Assembly: GCA_964425765.1 (NCBI GenBank)
Contig: CAYRNZ010000004.1
Location: 20,218 to 84,217, forward strand
Reading direction: 5' to 3'
DNA from: an uncultured Synergistaceae bacterium
Lineage (GTDB): Bacteria; Synergistota; Synergistia; Synergistales; 79-D21
Length of the DNA: 64,000 bases
Both the position numbers and the translations under genes were made by a program. The notes below the pieces were generated by a model that was not told the DNA's origin, made no database searches, and worked only from the letters and a program-made list of their open reading frames with translations. Below, one piece after another: positions 36,079 to 45,266 of this stretch. How positions within the stretch are numbered: position 1 is the first letter of the stretch; every line of letters starts with the position of its first letter.

Positions 36079-37236
36079 ATGTTTATCGAGTTGAAAGGCG
36101 TCCAGTTCGAGAATAAAGGGGCAGAACTCATGCTCCTAGCGATACTCCAGCGCTTGAAGCCGGAATTCCCCCAAGGGAAGTTTGTCCTGGAGCCAAGAGA
36201 GGGGGATTACGAAAAGCGGGCTGCCCTCGGCCTGTACCAGAAGTTCGAGGGGAAGCCGGGATCCGGCAGGCTGGTCGAGCCCCTTTTCGGTTTAATCCCG
36301 GAAAGGTACCGAAAACGCTACGGCATCGTCAGGAACCGGGAGGTTTCGGTCGTCCTTGACGCTTCGGGTTTTGCCTACTCGGACCAGTGGGGATTGGAAA
36401 AGACGAGGGATGCGGCGAGGGCGGCCAGGGAGTGGAAGAAGCAGGATACGACGCTCGTCCTGTTGCCCCAGGCTTTTGGTCCTTTTACCTCGCATCGGAT
36501 CAAGAGGGAATTCGCAAGTCTCGCGGGTTGCTCGTCCCTGGTATTCCCCAGGGACAGCGTTTCATACGGTCATGTCACCGGTCTTTTGGGAGAATCGCCG
36601 AAGATCGTCCAATCCCCGGACTTTACGATTGGGGTTGAGGGGATAGCCCCCGATAAACCCCAGACTGGGCGGATCGCGATCATACCCAACGTTCGGATGA
36701 TTGACAAGACTTATTCCGGCAAAAGCCAAGGATACCTGCCATTTCTGGGGCGTTGCATCAGGCGCCTGGCCGAGAAGGGGGAGAACCCCTTCCTGCTCGT
36801 ACACGGGGGTAAAGCCGACCTCCGCCTTGCGGAAGAGATCAAAGACGGATCCGGGTTCAAACTCGTAATCGAGAGGGAGAGCGACCCCCTTAAGTTGAAA
36901 GGGATCATCGGAACCTGCAAGGGCATGATCGGTTCCAGGTTTCACGGCCTGGTCAGCGCGCTGTCCCAAGGCGTTCCTGCGCTGGCCATCGGGTGGAGCC
37001 ACAAATACGAGATGCTTTTCCACGATTTTGATTACCCTGAGGGGATTTTGCCGCTTGAAACCGACGAACCCGGGCTAGTGAAGAAACTGGAGGTTTTTAC
37101 CGACCCGGGGACGGCGGCGAACATTCGGGAACGCCTCGATGTCGCGAAGAAACGGAACCTCCTGCAGGTCGAGGACATGTGGCGAAAGGTTGTCGGGATC
37201 ATCAGGCTGAAGGAGGAATCGGCTTCCGGGGATTGA
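36079..37236 (+). CDS. polysaccharide pyruvyl transferase family protein
   Basis: FENKGAELM N-terminal motif and GSRFHGLVSALSQGVPALAI C-terminal motif. ATG follows GAGGGGG. Confidence 0.8.
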   Translation: MFIELKGVQFENKGAELMLLAILQRLKPEFPQGKFVLEPREGDYEKRAALGLYQKFEGKPGSGRLVEPLFGLIPERYRKRYGIVRNREVSVVLDASGFAYSDQWGLEKTRDAARAAREWKKQDTTLVLLPQAFGPFTSHRIKREFASLAGCSSLVFPRDSVSYGHVTGLLGESPKIVQSPDFTIGVEGIAPDKPQTGRIAIIPNVRMIDKTYSGKSQGYLPFLGRCIRRLAEKGENPFLLVHGGKADLRLAEEIKDGSGFKLVIERESDPLKLKGIIGTCKGMIGSRFHGLVSALSQGVPALAIGWSHKYEMLFHDFDYPEGILPLETDEPGLVKKLEVFTDPGTAANIRERLDVAKKRNLLQVEDMWRKVVGIIRLKEESASGD

Positions 37237-37336
37237 GCTAAAGATTCTTTCCGCAGGTAACCCGCGCCCTGGTACTGGTTTCGGCACGGTCGACAGGGTC
37301 AAAAAACGCGGGAAGCCCGCGGGAAAGGAGCAGTAA

Positions 37337-38641
37337 ATGGGCATCGCAAGGGAGATCCTGAAGTACTGCCGAAGGCCGGGACTAATCATACCGAGGCTTG
37401 AAGGCCAGGTTTCGACGCCTTTGTGCTCATTTCTCGCTCGCGCATGGGTCAGGTTGGCAGGGCGGGACAGGTTGAAGGGGGCAAGGAAAATCCTTCTTTT
37501 CGGGGCCTTCGGGGGGCGGGCGTACGGTGACAACGCTGCGGCTTTCTTCGAGCACGTGCTTTTCCGCTACCCCGAACTGGAATGCTACTGGGTTACCCGG
37601 AAAGATGCCTGGACGGAAAAGGTTAAAAGGGCAAATCCCTCCTTCCCCGCTTCGAGGTTGGTGTTCAAGGACTCTTTCCGCGCGAACGTCCTGGCCCTGC
37701 TCGCGGATGTCCTCGTCTATTCGCACGGCCGTTTCGACGTGACGGATTACGCGAGGGGAAAGTTCCCGAAAACCGTGGAGTTGATGTTGAACCATGGAAT
37801 CATCGGGTTGAAGAGGACCCGCATGAAACCCTTGGGGCGCGGCAAGTCAGTCGTCGAGCACGCGGGCAGCGCGGATTTCGTCGTTTCGAGTTCCGACCGG
37901 GAATCGAGGATCAAGGTTGAGGAGTGGGGAATCTCCGCGGACAAGATCCTGGTGACAGGTCTGCCACGCTTCGACAGGCTGTATGAACTAAAGGAGAAGG
38001 TCAGGCCGTCCGGGGACCGAATCCTGTACATGCCGACCTGGCGTGACTGGGACACCCATAAAGTCTCCCTGCGGAATACCGCCCTGTTCGGACAGATGCG
38101 GTCGTTCCTGGTCGATTCGGGCCTTTCGCGTTTCCTCCTGGAGAAAGGAATCGTGCTCCAACTGTCCGTTCACCAGAGGATGAGGGAATTCTTCGAGGAT
38201 TTTGCCAGGGAGTTCGGCCTCGAGAACGTCGAGGTCCTGGACCAGGGCATCGACCTCCAGGACGAGATCCTTCGAAGTTCTCTGCTGGTAACCGACTATT
38301 CCAGCGTATGCTGGGATTTCCTCTTCCTCGGGAAACCGGTGCTTTTTTTCCAGTTCGACCTTGAGGATTACCTGGAGTGCACGGGGTCCTACCTGGACCT
38401 TCGGAAGGATCTGTTCGGCCCCGTGGCCCGCAACGCAGAGGAGGCCTTTTCCTGGGTACGGTTCTTTGTCGAAACCGGTTATTCCACGGCAACCTTCAAC
38501 GGGCAGATGGAAAAGATGTCCGATTTCGCTTTCGCCTACAGGGACGGCAAGAACTGCGAGAGGCTGGGACAGGAGATGTTAAAGAGAATTCCCGCGCTGG
38601 CCGGTGTCAAGACGCGCACGAAGCCCTCACGGGGTTTATAA
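37337..38641 (+). CDS. CDP-glycerol glycerophosphotransferase (TagF-like) family protein
   Basis: LYMPTWRD motif and DYSSVCWDFLFLGKPVLFF segment. Confidence 0.8.
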   Translation: MGIAREILKYCRRPGLIIPRLEGQVSTPLCSFLARAWVRLAGRDRLKGARKILLFGAFGGRAYGDNAAAFFEHVLFRYPELECYWVTRKDAWTEKVKRANPSFPASRLVFKDSFRANVLALLADVLVYSHGRFDVTDYARGKFPKTVELMLNHGIIGLKRTRMKPLGRGKSVVEHAGSADFVVSSSDRESRIKVEEWGISADKILVTGLPRFDRLYELKEKVRPSGDRILYMPTWRDWDTHKVSLRNTALFGQMRSFLVDSGLSRFLLEKGIVLQLSVHQRMREFFEDFAREFGLENVEVLDQGIDLQDEILRSSLLVTDYSSVCWDFLFLGKPVLFFQFDLEDYLECTGSYLDLRKDLFGPVARNAEEAFSWVRFFVETGYSTATFNGQMEKMSDFAFAYRDGKNCERLGQEMLKRIPALAGVKTRTKPSRGL

Positions 38642-38761
38642 TGCAACAGCACCCTTGGAATTAAAGAAAGATTCCATGTTTTCCACAGCCCTGATCGCTG
38701 CGGGATGCTTGTTTTTTCGCTTGTCTTGCCCGTTACGGCGGTCGCCCTGGGAGGGGAGTCC

Positions 38762-40243
38762 ATGCCAAGATCCATGACGGCTACCGATTTCTACCAGTTG
38801 ACGATGATGCAGGGATACCTGAAAAAAAACATGCTGGAGAAAAAGGCTGTTTTCGACCTTTTCTACCGGAAACCGCCGTTCGGGGGATCTTATGCCGTCG
38901 CCTGCGGGATGGACAGCGCCCTCGACTTCATACGAAACCTCGAGATCTCCCTGGAGGACGTCGAGGCGCTTGCCGAGGCCGGCATGGAGAAGGATTTCTG
39001 CGAATGGCTGAGGCGGGAGAAGGCGGGGAGGAAGGGCCTGTTCGAGGGGGCTGTCTGGGCTGTCTCCGAGGGTTCCCTGGTCCTGCCCAACGAACCGGTC
39101 ATGAGGATCGAGGCCCCGCTTTACCTCGCCCAGGTTTTGGAAACGCCTCTCCTGAACATCGTCAACTATGAAACCCTGATCGCGACGAAGGCTTCCCGGA
39201 TCGTCAACAGCGCGAAGGGAAAGCCGATCATGGAGTTTGGAATGCGTCGTGCCCGGGGGATCGAGAGCAGCGTCAGGGCGACGCGCGCTGCTTACGTGGG
39301 GGGTGTGTCTTCCACCAGCAACGTCCTGGCGTGGCAGGATTACCGCATCCCGGTGTCGGGGACCATGAGCCACGCCTGGGTCATGGCGTTCCCCAGCGAA
39401 CTGGATGCTTTCAGGGCCTACATGGAGCAGGCGGCGGACAACGTCGTCCTCCTGATCGACACGTACGACACCCTCGAAAGCGGACTCCCGAACGCGATCC
39501 GCGTTTTCGCCGAGATGTTCGGCAGCGGCAAGTTCCCGAAGATGTTCGGCATCCGGATCGACAGCGGGGACCTTGCGGATCTGTCCCGCAAAGCCAGGCA
39601 GGCCCTCGACGAGAGCGGTTTCGGGAAAGCGAAGATAATCGTCTCCAACGACCTGGACGAGTACATCATCGAAAGCCTCCTGGCCCAGGGCGCGGCCGTC
39701 GACATCTTCGGGGTGGGGACAAAGCTCGTTAACGCGGAGGGTTCGACTTCTTTGGGAGGGGTCTACAAGCTCGCGGAAATCGACGGGATGCCGCGGATGA
39801 AGATCACCGGGAACCCCGAGAAGATGACCAACCCCGGTAAAAAGCAGGTTTGGCGCGTCTGGGGCAGGGAAGGCGGGGCCTCCGGGAAGGAAGACGGGCC
39901 GCTGTCCTTCGTCGCCGACATCCTGGCGCTGGAAGAAGAGGAGTACTCTTCCTCCCGTGCGCTCCACCTTGACGACCCTGCCCGCCCCTGGACCGCCCTT
40001 ACCCTGGAAGCCGGGAGCTATGTCCTCAAGCCGATGCTCTCCCGCCGCGACCTGTCCGGAAATACCCCGGTGGAGGATGCGGATCCCCGGGAGGGGAGAA
40101 AGAACCTTCAGCTGGAGATCGAGAGGCTGCGGCCCCAGTGTAAGCGACTCGTCAACCCTGAAACGATGCGGGTAGACCTGAGCCGGAAGCTCGCCCGGCT
40201 AAAGACGGAACTCATCGAACATTTCCGCCCTGAAAAGGGTTAA
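38762..40243 (+). CDS. pncB: nicotinate phosphoribosyltransferase
   Basis: TDFYQLTMMQGY N-terminus. ATG 38762 follows GGGAGGGGAG. 493 aa. Confidence 0.9.
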   Translation: MPRSMTATDFYQLTMMQGYLKKNMLEKKAVFDLFYRKPPFGGSYAVACGMDSALDFIRNLEISLEDVEALAEAGMEKDFCEWLRREKAGRKGLFEGAVWAVSEGSLVLPNEPVMRIEAPLYLAQVLETPLLNIVNYETLIATKASRIVNSAKGKPIMEFGMRRARGIESSVRATRAAYVGGVSSTSNVLAWQDYRIPVSGTMSHAWVMAFPSELDAFRAYMEQAADNVVLLIDTYDTLESGLPNAIRVFAEMFGSGKFPKMFGIRIDSGDLADLSRKARQALDESGFGKAKIIVSNDLDEYIIESLLAQGAAVDIFGVGTKLVNAEGSTSLGGVYKLAEIDGMPRMKITGNPEKMTNPGKKQVWRVWGREGGASGKEDGPLSFVADILALEEEEYSSSRALHLDDPARPWTALTLEAGSYVLKPMLSRRDLSGNTPVEDADPREGRKNLQLEIERLRPQCKRLVNPETMRVDLSRKLARLKTELIEHFRPEKG

Positions 40244-40254
40244 GGAGGAAGAGC

Positions 40255-41253
40255 ATGTACAAGGAAACGAGGATCCTGGTTATCGAGCCGGAAGGCCCGG
40301 AGGAGTGGTATGCCCCACTAAACGAAGTCGGACGCGTCGTTTTCTACAACCCGGCTGAATCGGCCGGTCCTATCGATGTCCGGAAACTCTCTGCCGATGC
40401 GGAGGGCGTCATCATCACCTCCAGCTGCGGTTTTTCCGCCGAAGACATCGCGCACCTGCCCACCTTGAGGGTCATCGCCAAATGCGGCGGAAAACCGTCC
40501 AACGTGGACATCGGGGCCGCCACCGAGAGCGGGGTCGCCGTCACGTACGTCCCCGGCGCAAACTCTTCCACGGTTGCGGAATTCGCCGTGATGCTCATCC
40601 TTGACGGCCTGAGGCGGTTCCCATTCATCTCGACTTCCATCGGCAAGGGGCTTAACCGGAACACGACGGACATGTTCGGCAGGGAACTGAGGGGCAAAAC
40701 CGTGGGTGTTGTGGGGTACGGGGCGATCGGGCGCGAGGTCGCTTCCAGGCTTGCGGGGTTCGACTGCCGAGTCCTGGCCTTCGATCCCCAATACGCCCCG
40801 GACGGCAGCGAACCGGCCTGCGTGGAGTTTGTCTCAAGCCTGGACAACCTGCTCCCCGAGGCCGACATCCTCACGCTGCACTGTACCCTCAACGACTCCA
40901 CGAGAGGGATGATCTCAGAAAGGGAACTCGGTCTCCTTAAGCCGAACGCCGGGTTCGTCAACACGGCACGTGCACAGCTCGTCGACGAACAGGCCCTGGA
41001 AAAGGCGATCCGGGATGGACGGATTGGCTTCGCCGCCTTCGACGTCTTCACGGTAGAACCGCCCGGTCCCGACCATCCCCTGCTGGGACTGGAAAACGTC
41101 ATCCTGACCCCGCATTTGTCGTCCTGGACACCCGAGGCGTTGAGAAGGGAAGTCCAAGGCGCCATCGACTCGGTTGTCGCCTGTCTGTCGGGAAAGGAGA
41201 TCCCGGGGCTCATCAATCCCGGCTTTGCCCGGTTCCAAAAAACAAACCGCTAA
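40255..41253 (+). CDS. D-isomer-specific 2-hydroxyacid dehydrogenase (phosphoglycerate dehydrogenase-like)
   Basis: VGVVGYGAIGREVA NAD motif. HxxxxT region LTPHLSSWT. Confidence 0.85.
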   Translation: MYKETRILVIEPEGPEEWYAPLNEVGRVVFYNPAESAGPIDVRKLSADAEGVIITSSCGFSAEDIAHLPTLRVIAKCGGKPSNVDIGAATESGVAVTYVPGANSSTVAEFAVMLILDGLRRFPFISTSIGKGLNRNTTDMFGRELRGKTVGVVGYGAIGREVASRLAGFDCRVLAFDPQYAPDGSEPACVEFVSSLDNLLPEADILTLHCTLNDSTRGMISERELGLLKPNAGFVNTARAQLVDEQALEKAIRDGRIGFAAFDVFTVEPPGPDHPLLGLENVILTPHLSSWTPEALRREVQGAIDSVVACLSGKEIPGLINPGFARFQKTNR

Positions 41254-41283
41254 AAAAAGGGCCTCCCCGCCGGGAGGCCCTTC
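41252..41283. terminator. hairpin terminator (mainly for the minus-strand DUF937 gene)
   Basis: GGGCCTCCC-CGCC-GGGAGGCCC. The A-run on the plus strand is a T-run on the minus strand. Confidence 0.6.
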
Positions 41284-41296
41284 GATTCACCGCCGC

Positions 41297-41884
41297 CTAC
41301 CTGTTTTTCAGGAACCCTCCCAGGATTTTCCCGAGGTCGTCCATGATGTTCCCGTCGCCATCGGCGTCCAGGATCTTGGATGCAAGGTCCATCAGGCCGC
41401 CCCGGCCGGACTTGCCGAAATCCGAATTGATGCTGGAGGTCAAGTCCGGGATCCCGAACTCGTCCAGGTTGCGGTCTTTCTTTTGCCTTCCCAAAAGTCC
41501 CAGGAGCAATGGCGCAAACCTTGCAAGCAGAGAGACCACCTGCCCGATGTCCAGGCCGGTCTGCCTGGAGAGGTTGTACTGGACCTGTTCGTTCCGGTTC
41601 CCGAAGATATGCTGCAGGATCTTGGTCCCGTCGTTCGTGTCGGCGTTTCTCAGGAAAGCGGTCACGTCGTCCACCGGGTCGTCCTGGTGCTGCTCCAGGG
41701 CCCTCGCCAGGGAACGGGCGCCTTCCGGGGTCCCCGCGTTACGGTTGAGGGCTTCCAGCAAGGCCGGCAGGCCCAGCTGCATCAGTTGCTGCACCTGGTT
41801 CGACCCGGCCCCGACCGTCTCACTCAGCTGCTCTGCCACGCGGGGGTCATCCATCTGGTTCGACAGGATATCGAAAATGTTCAT
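41297..41884 (-). CDS. DUF937 domain protein
   Basis: MNIFDILSNQMDD...LGLPALLEALNRNA pattern recalled from DUF937. Alternative start 41902. Confidence 0.65.
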   Translation of the reverse strand: MNIFDILSNQMDDPRVAEQLSETVGAGSNQVQQLMQLGLPALLEALNRNAGTPEGARSLARALEQHQDDPVDDVTAFLRNADTNDGTKILQHIFGNRNEQVQYNLSRQTGLDIGQVVSLLARFAPLLLGLLGRQKKDRNLDEFGIPDLTSSINSDFGKSGRGGLMDLASKILDADGDGNIMDDLGKILGGFLKNR

Positions 41885-42100
41885 TTCCTCTAATCCCTCC
41901 ATTCTGGATGGTTCATTCTATCTTTCAATCCATTTTAATTACAATAGGGAATTTCGTTTGTACTTCGGAGGAGCAAGCCTTTTTGCGCCTGTGAGGGAAC
42001 TATAATGGCAATGAAATAAGACAGCGCGGAAGAGTGTTAGGGGGAAACCCGTCCGGGTGAGCGGGTCTCCTGAACTCTTTTCAATGCCTGCGGGAACGGG

Positions 42101-43042
42101 GTGAGGAGCGTGAAAGATTCGACAGGAGGGGACATTCTCGACTTTGTCAAAAAGCACCTGGAAAAAGGAGGGCTTCAGGCGGCGGTTTTCCCGGCCGAAC
42201 GGGTGCCGGGGCTTTATGGGGAGTTGGGGGAGCGGGTCCGCTCCGGCGACATCGCACCGACGCTCCTGGGAGAGGGAACCCTTAAGCGCCTGGCCTCCGG
42301 GTTCTTCGAGGTGCCGTCCTGGGCGAAGTCCGTGATCCTGGTTTCGATGGCCCAACCGGTCGGGAGGCTGCGTTTCGAACACGCGAAGGGCGCCGCTTGG
42401 GGTATCGTCCCCCCGCAATACAGGGAAAACCAGGATGACTCCGTATCGGAATACATGGGCAAGGCACTTGAACCGGCCGGGTTCAGGGCGGAGAAGGGCA
42501 AAATCCCGTTGAAGCTGGCCGCGGCAAGAATCGGGATCGGGAAATACGGGAGGAACAACCTCGTCTACACTGCCCAGAATGGAAGCTTCCACCGCCTGGC
42601 GGCCTTTTACTCGGACATGCCTTGCGGCGGGGACTTCGCATGGAAAGAACCGGTCATGATGGAGCCCTGCCGGTCCTGCGAAGCCTGCCTGGAGGGCTGC
42701 CCGACGGGCTGCATCGGCACGGACCGCTTTATCGTGAGGGCGGAAAGATGCCTGACCTTCCACAACGAAAGCTCCCGGCCATTGCCGGGCTGGATCGACC
42801 GGGCATGGCTGAATTCCCTGGTCGGGTGCATGCGATGTCAGTCTGTTTGCCCGGTGGACCGGCCCTTCCTTTCCAGGATCGAAACCCTGGACACGTTCTC
42901 GAGTGAGGAGACGGAAGCCCTCCTGCAGGCGCCGACCCCGGCCGTGATTCCCCTGCCTGTCGCGAAAAGGCTCGAAACTCTCGGCTTGGGGGAATACCTC
43001 CATGTCCTCGGGCGCAACCTGCAGTTCCTGATAGACCGGTAA
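42101..43042 (+). CDS. QueG-like 4Fe-4S dicluster protein, paralog B
   Basis: CRSCEACLEGCPTGC and CMRCQSVCPVDR motifs, plus GKYGRNNLVY. Colinear with the 10868..11821 product. Confidence 0.6.
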   Translation: MRSVKDSTGGDILDFVKKHLEKGGLQAAVFPAERVPGLYGELGERVRSGDIAPTLLGEGTLKRLASGFFEVPSWAKSVILVSMAQPVGRLRFEHAKGAAWGIVPPQYRENQDDSVSEYMGKALEPAGFRAEKGKIPLKLAAARIGIGKYGRNNLVYTAQNGSFHRLAAFYSDMPCGGDFAWKEPVMMEPCRSCEACLEGCPTGCIGTDRFIVRAERCLTFHNESSRPLPGWIDRAWLNSLVGCMRCQSVCPVDRPFLSRIETLDTFSSEETEALLQAPTPAVIPLPVAKRLETLGLGEYLHVLGRNLQFLIDR

Positions 43043-43054
43043 GAGGCTGTCGTT

Positions 43055-43873
43055 TCAGCTTTCGAGCCAATCGAAAAGGGTTTGTCCCAAGGTGACCCTT
43101 TTCTCGGAAAAGTCGTGGGAGCATTCCAGGGTGACGACCGTCCCGCGGGCTGATGCCCTCTGGATCGTTTCGGCCAGCGGCCGCTGGTGGATCGCGGGAG
43201 GGGCCACGATATCGGATGAGGCGACGACAAGGAGGATCTTTTTCCCGCGATAGGGGGCCTCGGATCCCAGGAGGTCCCAGTTCTCCCTGTTTTTCATGAG
43301 CTCGGAGAGAAGCGATTCCGAGCTTGCCCCCGATAGAGGATTCAAGCCTCCCGAAAGCAGGCCCAGCGTTTCTTCCGTGACCCCGGCCTCACCCGCCCCG
43401 ATGCGCTTTGCCTGGAGCGAGAGGTTGTACGGGGCCAGCGAGGCGAACCCCAGGAAGTCCAGTTGGTCCCTCGCGGCCAGCATTGTCAGGAACCCCCCCA
43501 CGCTGTGGCCAGCCAGGAAAATACGGTGCCGGTCGATCCTGTGTTCCCTGGCGAACGACTCGCCGCCGACGGCGGACCGGACTGCCCGGAGGTCCCTGTA
43601 TGCCTGCCCGAAGGAATAGGAGCCCCTGCTTCCCCATGCCCCGGAATAGTGGAATACCAGCACGTTGTACCCTCCGCGGCGAAGCATGTGGGCAACGTCG
43701 AGGTTCTTTTCGTTTCCGGGGAAACCGTGGAGCAGGATGACCGTAGGGTGGGGCCCCCTGCCGTTTGCCAGGAAGATGAGTCCCAGGAGCCTGTTCTCGA
43801 TAAATAGGGAATGCATGTCGGGCGGATAGGCGGCGTCGATTTCCAGGGGGTCGATCCGTATGTCGTTCATCAC
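43055..43873 (-). CDS. alpha/beta hydrolase
   Basis: GHSVGG nucleophile elbow. HGFPGNEKN oxyanion region. Confidence 0.8.
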   Translation of the reverse strand: MMNDIRIDPLEIDAAYPPDMHSLFIENRLLGLIFLANGRGPHPTVILLHGFPGNEKNLDVAHMLRRGGYNVLVFHYSGAWGSRGSYSFGQAYRDLRAVRSAVGGESFAREHRIDRHRIFLAGHSVGGFLTMLAARDQLDFLGFASLAPYNLSLQAKRIGAGEAGVTEETLGLLSGGLNPLSGASSESLLSELMKNRENWDLLGSEAPYRGKKILLVVASSDIVAPPAIHQRPLAETIQRASARGTVVTLECSHDFSEKRVTLGQTLFDWLES

Positions 43874-43992
43874 GTTCGTTTCTCCTTCCCGGCTGGTATC
43901 CTGTCAATCAATCGGACGGCGAAACCGGAGGGTCTTTTCCGGCCTCGCCGTCTCGGGAAGCGGAGCCGACGGCCCCGCGTCGATCAGATCCC

Positions 43993-44160
43993 TCAACCTG
44001 CGGATGAGCAGCCCCCTGCCGAATGCTGGCGCGTCGACTCCCCTTCCAGGAGGGTCAGCATCCGGCATCGGCAGAAGGGGCACTTCTCCGGTTTTCCCTC
44101 GTGTTCGAACTCCTTGCCGCACGAAAGGCACCGATATTTCCGGACTCCTTCCTTCTGCAT
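43993..44160 (-). CDS. small zinc-ribbon protein
   Basis: CLSCG-x12-CPFC. ATG 44160 follows GGGGGGTAAGG. Divergent from rubrerythrin. Confidence 0.5.
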   Translation of the reverse strand: MQKEGVRKYRCLSCGKEFEHEGKPEKCPFCRCRMLTLLEGESTRQHSAGGCSSAG

Positions 44161-44408
44161 CCTTACCCCCCCTTTTTCCTGCTGACAGGTCAATTATACC
44201 GTGGAAGGATAACCGGTTTGGCCTGCCTGGTTTCCTGGTTCGACGGCCGTGGCTTGAATGTCGGGCGCAGGTGGATCCGGGGGTTCATAAAGAATTGTTG
44301 TGCTATGATTTTCTTCAAGCCTCGGCATCCCGTTCACATGGAACGGACTATTCGGGCCTGTGCCGGGAGGGGGCGGGAAATTCAAAATGAAACGGGAGTG
44401 TGGTCGGA

Positions 44409-44993
44409 GTGAAAAGCCTGAAGGGGACGAAAACGGCGGAAAACCTGATGAAGGCCTTTGCGGGAGAGTCGCAGGCAAGGAACCGGTACTCGTACTATGC
44501 TTCGGTGGCAAAGAAGGAAGGCTATGTCCAGATCTCGAACATTTTCACGGAAACCGCTGAAAACGAGAAGGAACACGCCAAGCGGTTCTTCAAGTTCCTG
44601 GTGCGGGACCTGAACGAGGGGAACGTCTCCATAGAGTCCAGTTTCCCCGTGGCCCTGGGCGACACCCGCCTGAACCTTCTCGCCGCGGCGGAGGGGGAGC
44701 ACGAGGAATGGAATGAGCTTTACCCGGCCTTTGCGGACATGGCCGACGAGGAAGGTTTCCCCGAAGTCGCCATGGTTTTCCGCAAGATAGCGGAGGTCGA
44801 GAAGCACCACGAGGCCCGCTACCGGAAGCTTCGCGCGAACCTGGAATCGGGGAACGTCTTCAGGAAACCTGTGGTCGTCGAATGGAAATGCAGCAACTGC
44901 GGCTACATCCACAAGGGGGATTCGGCACCGGACATGTGCCCGGCCTGTGCTCATCCTCAGTCCTACTTCGAAGTCCTGGAAGCGAACTACTAG
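44409..44993 (+). CDS. rbr: rubrerythrin
   Basis: [23 protein letters not shown], diiron EExH motifs, C-terminal rubredoxin-like CSNCG...CPAC. GTG 44409 lies 10 nt after GGGAG; alternative start 44400. Confidence 0.92.
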   Translation: MKSLKGTKTAENLMKAFAGESQARNRYSYYASVAKKEGYVQISNIFTETAENEKEHAKRFFKFLVRDLNEGNVSIESSFPVALGDTRLNLLAAAEGEHEEWNELYPAFADMADEEGFPEVAMVFRKIAEVEKHHEARYRKLRANLESGNVFRKPVVVEWKCSNCGYIHKGDSAPDMCPACAHPQSYFEVLEANY

Positions 44994-45015
44994 GCGCAAA
45001 ACCCGGTAAAACCTG

Positions 45016-45041
45016 GCCTCCCCGCACGGGGAGGCTTTTTT
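45016..45041 (+). terminator. rho-independent terminator after rbr
   Basis: GCCTCCCC-GCAC-GGGGAGGC followed by TTTTTT. Confidence 0.75.
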
Positions 45042-45266
45042 GCTCTTCCGGGACGGACTTTAACAAAAAACGATTTTATAAAAAAGGTTTTTCTCTCTGG
45101 CAGAGTGTCATTCTTGTGTATAATTATCATTAAGGATTCCGATTTACAAGGAAGGAGTGATCGCATGGCAGACCAGCCAGTCAAGTGTACCGTACCGGCT
45201 CCGAGTGTTGAAAGCGCGGAATCTCCGAGTGCCTCTCCCGCAGAGGAAAAGAAGGAGGTCAAGAGA

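Noticed and set aside
43993-44160. The zinc-ribbon ORF as a rubredoxin.
   Set aside because: It lacks the CxxCG...W/Y...CPxCG pattern and the aromatic core of rubredoxins, so it is called only a generic zinc ribbon.
45105-45164. ORF-track start of the peroxiredoxin at 45105.
   Set aside because: It has no RBS and lies in the AT-rich promoter region. ATG 45165 and ATG 45267 both have strong RBS.
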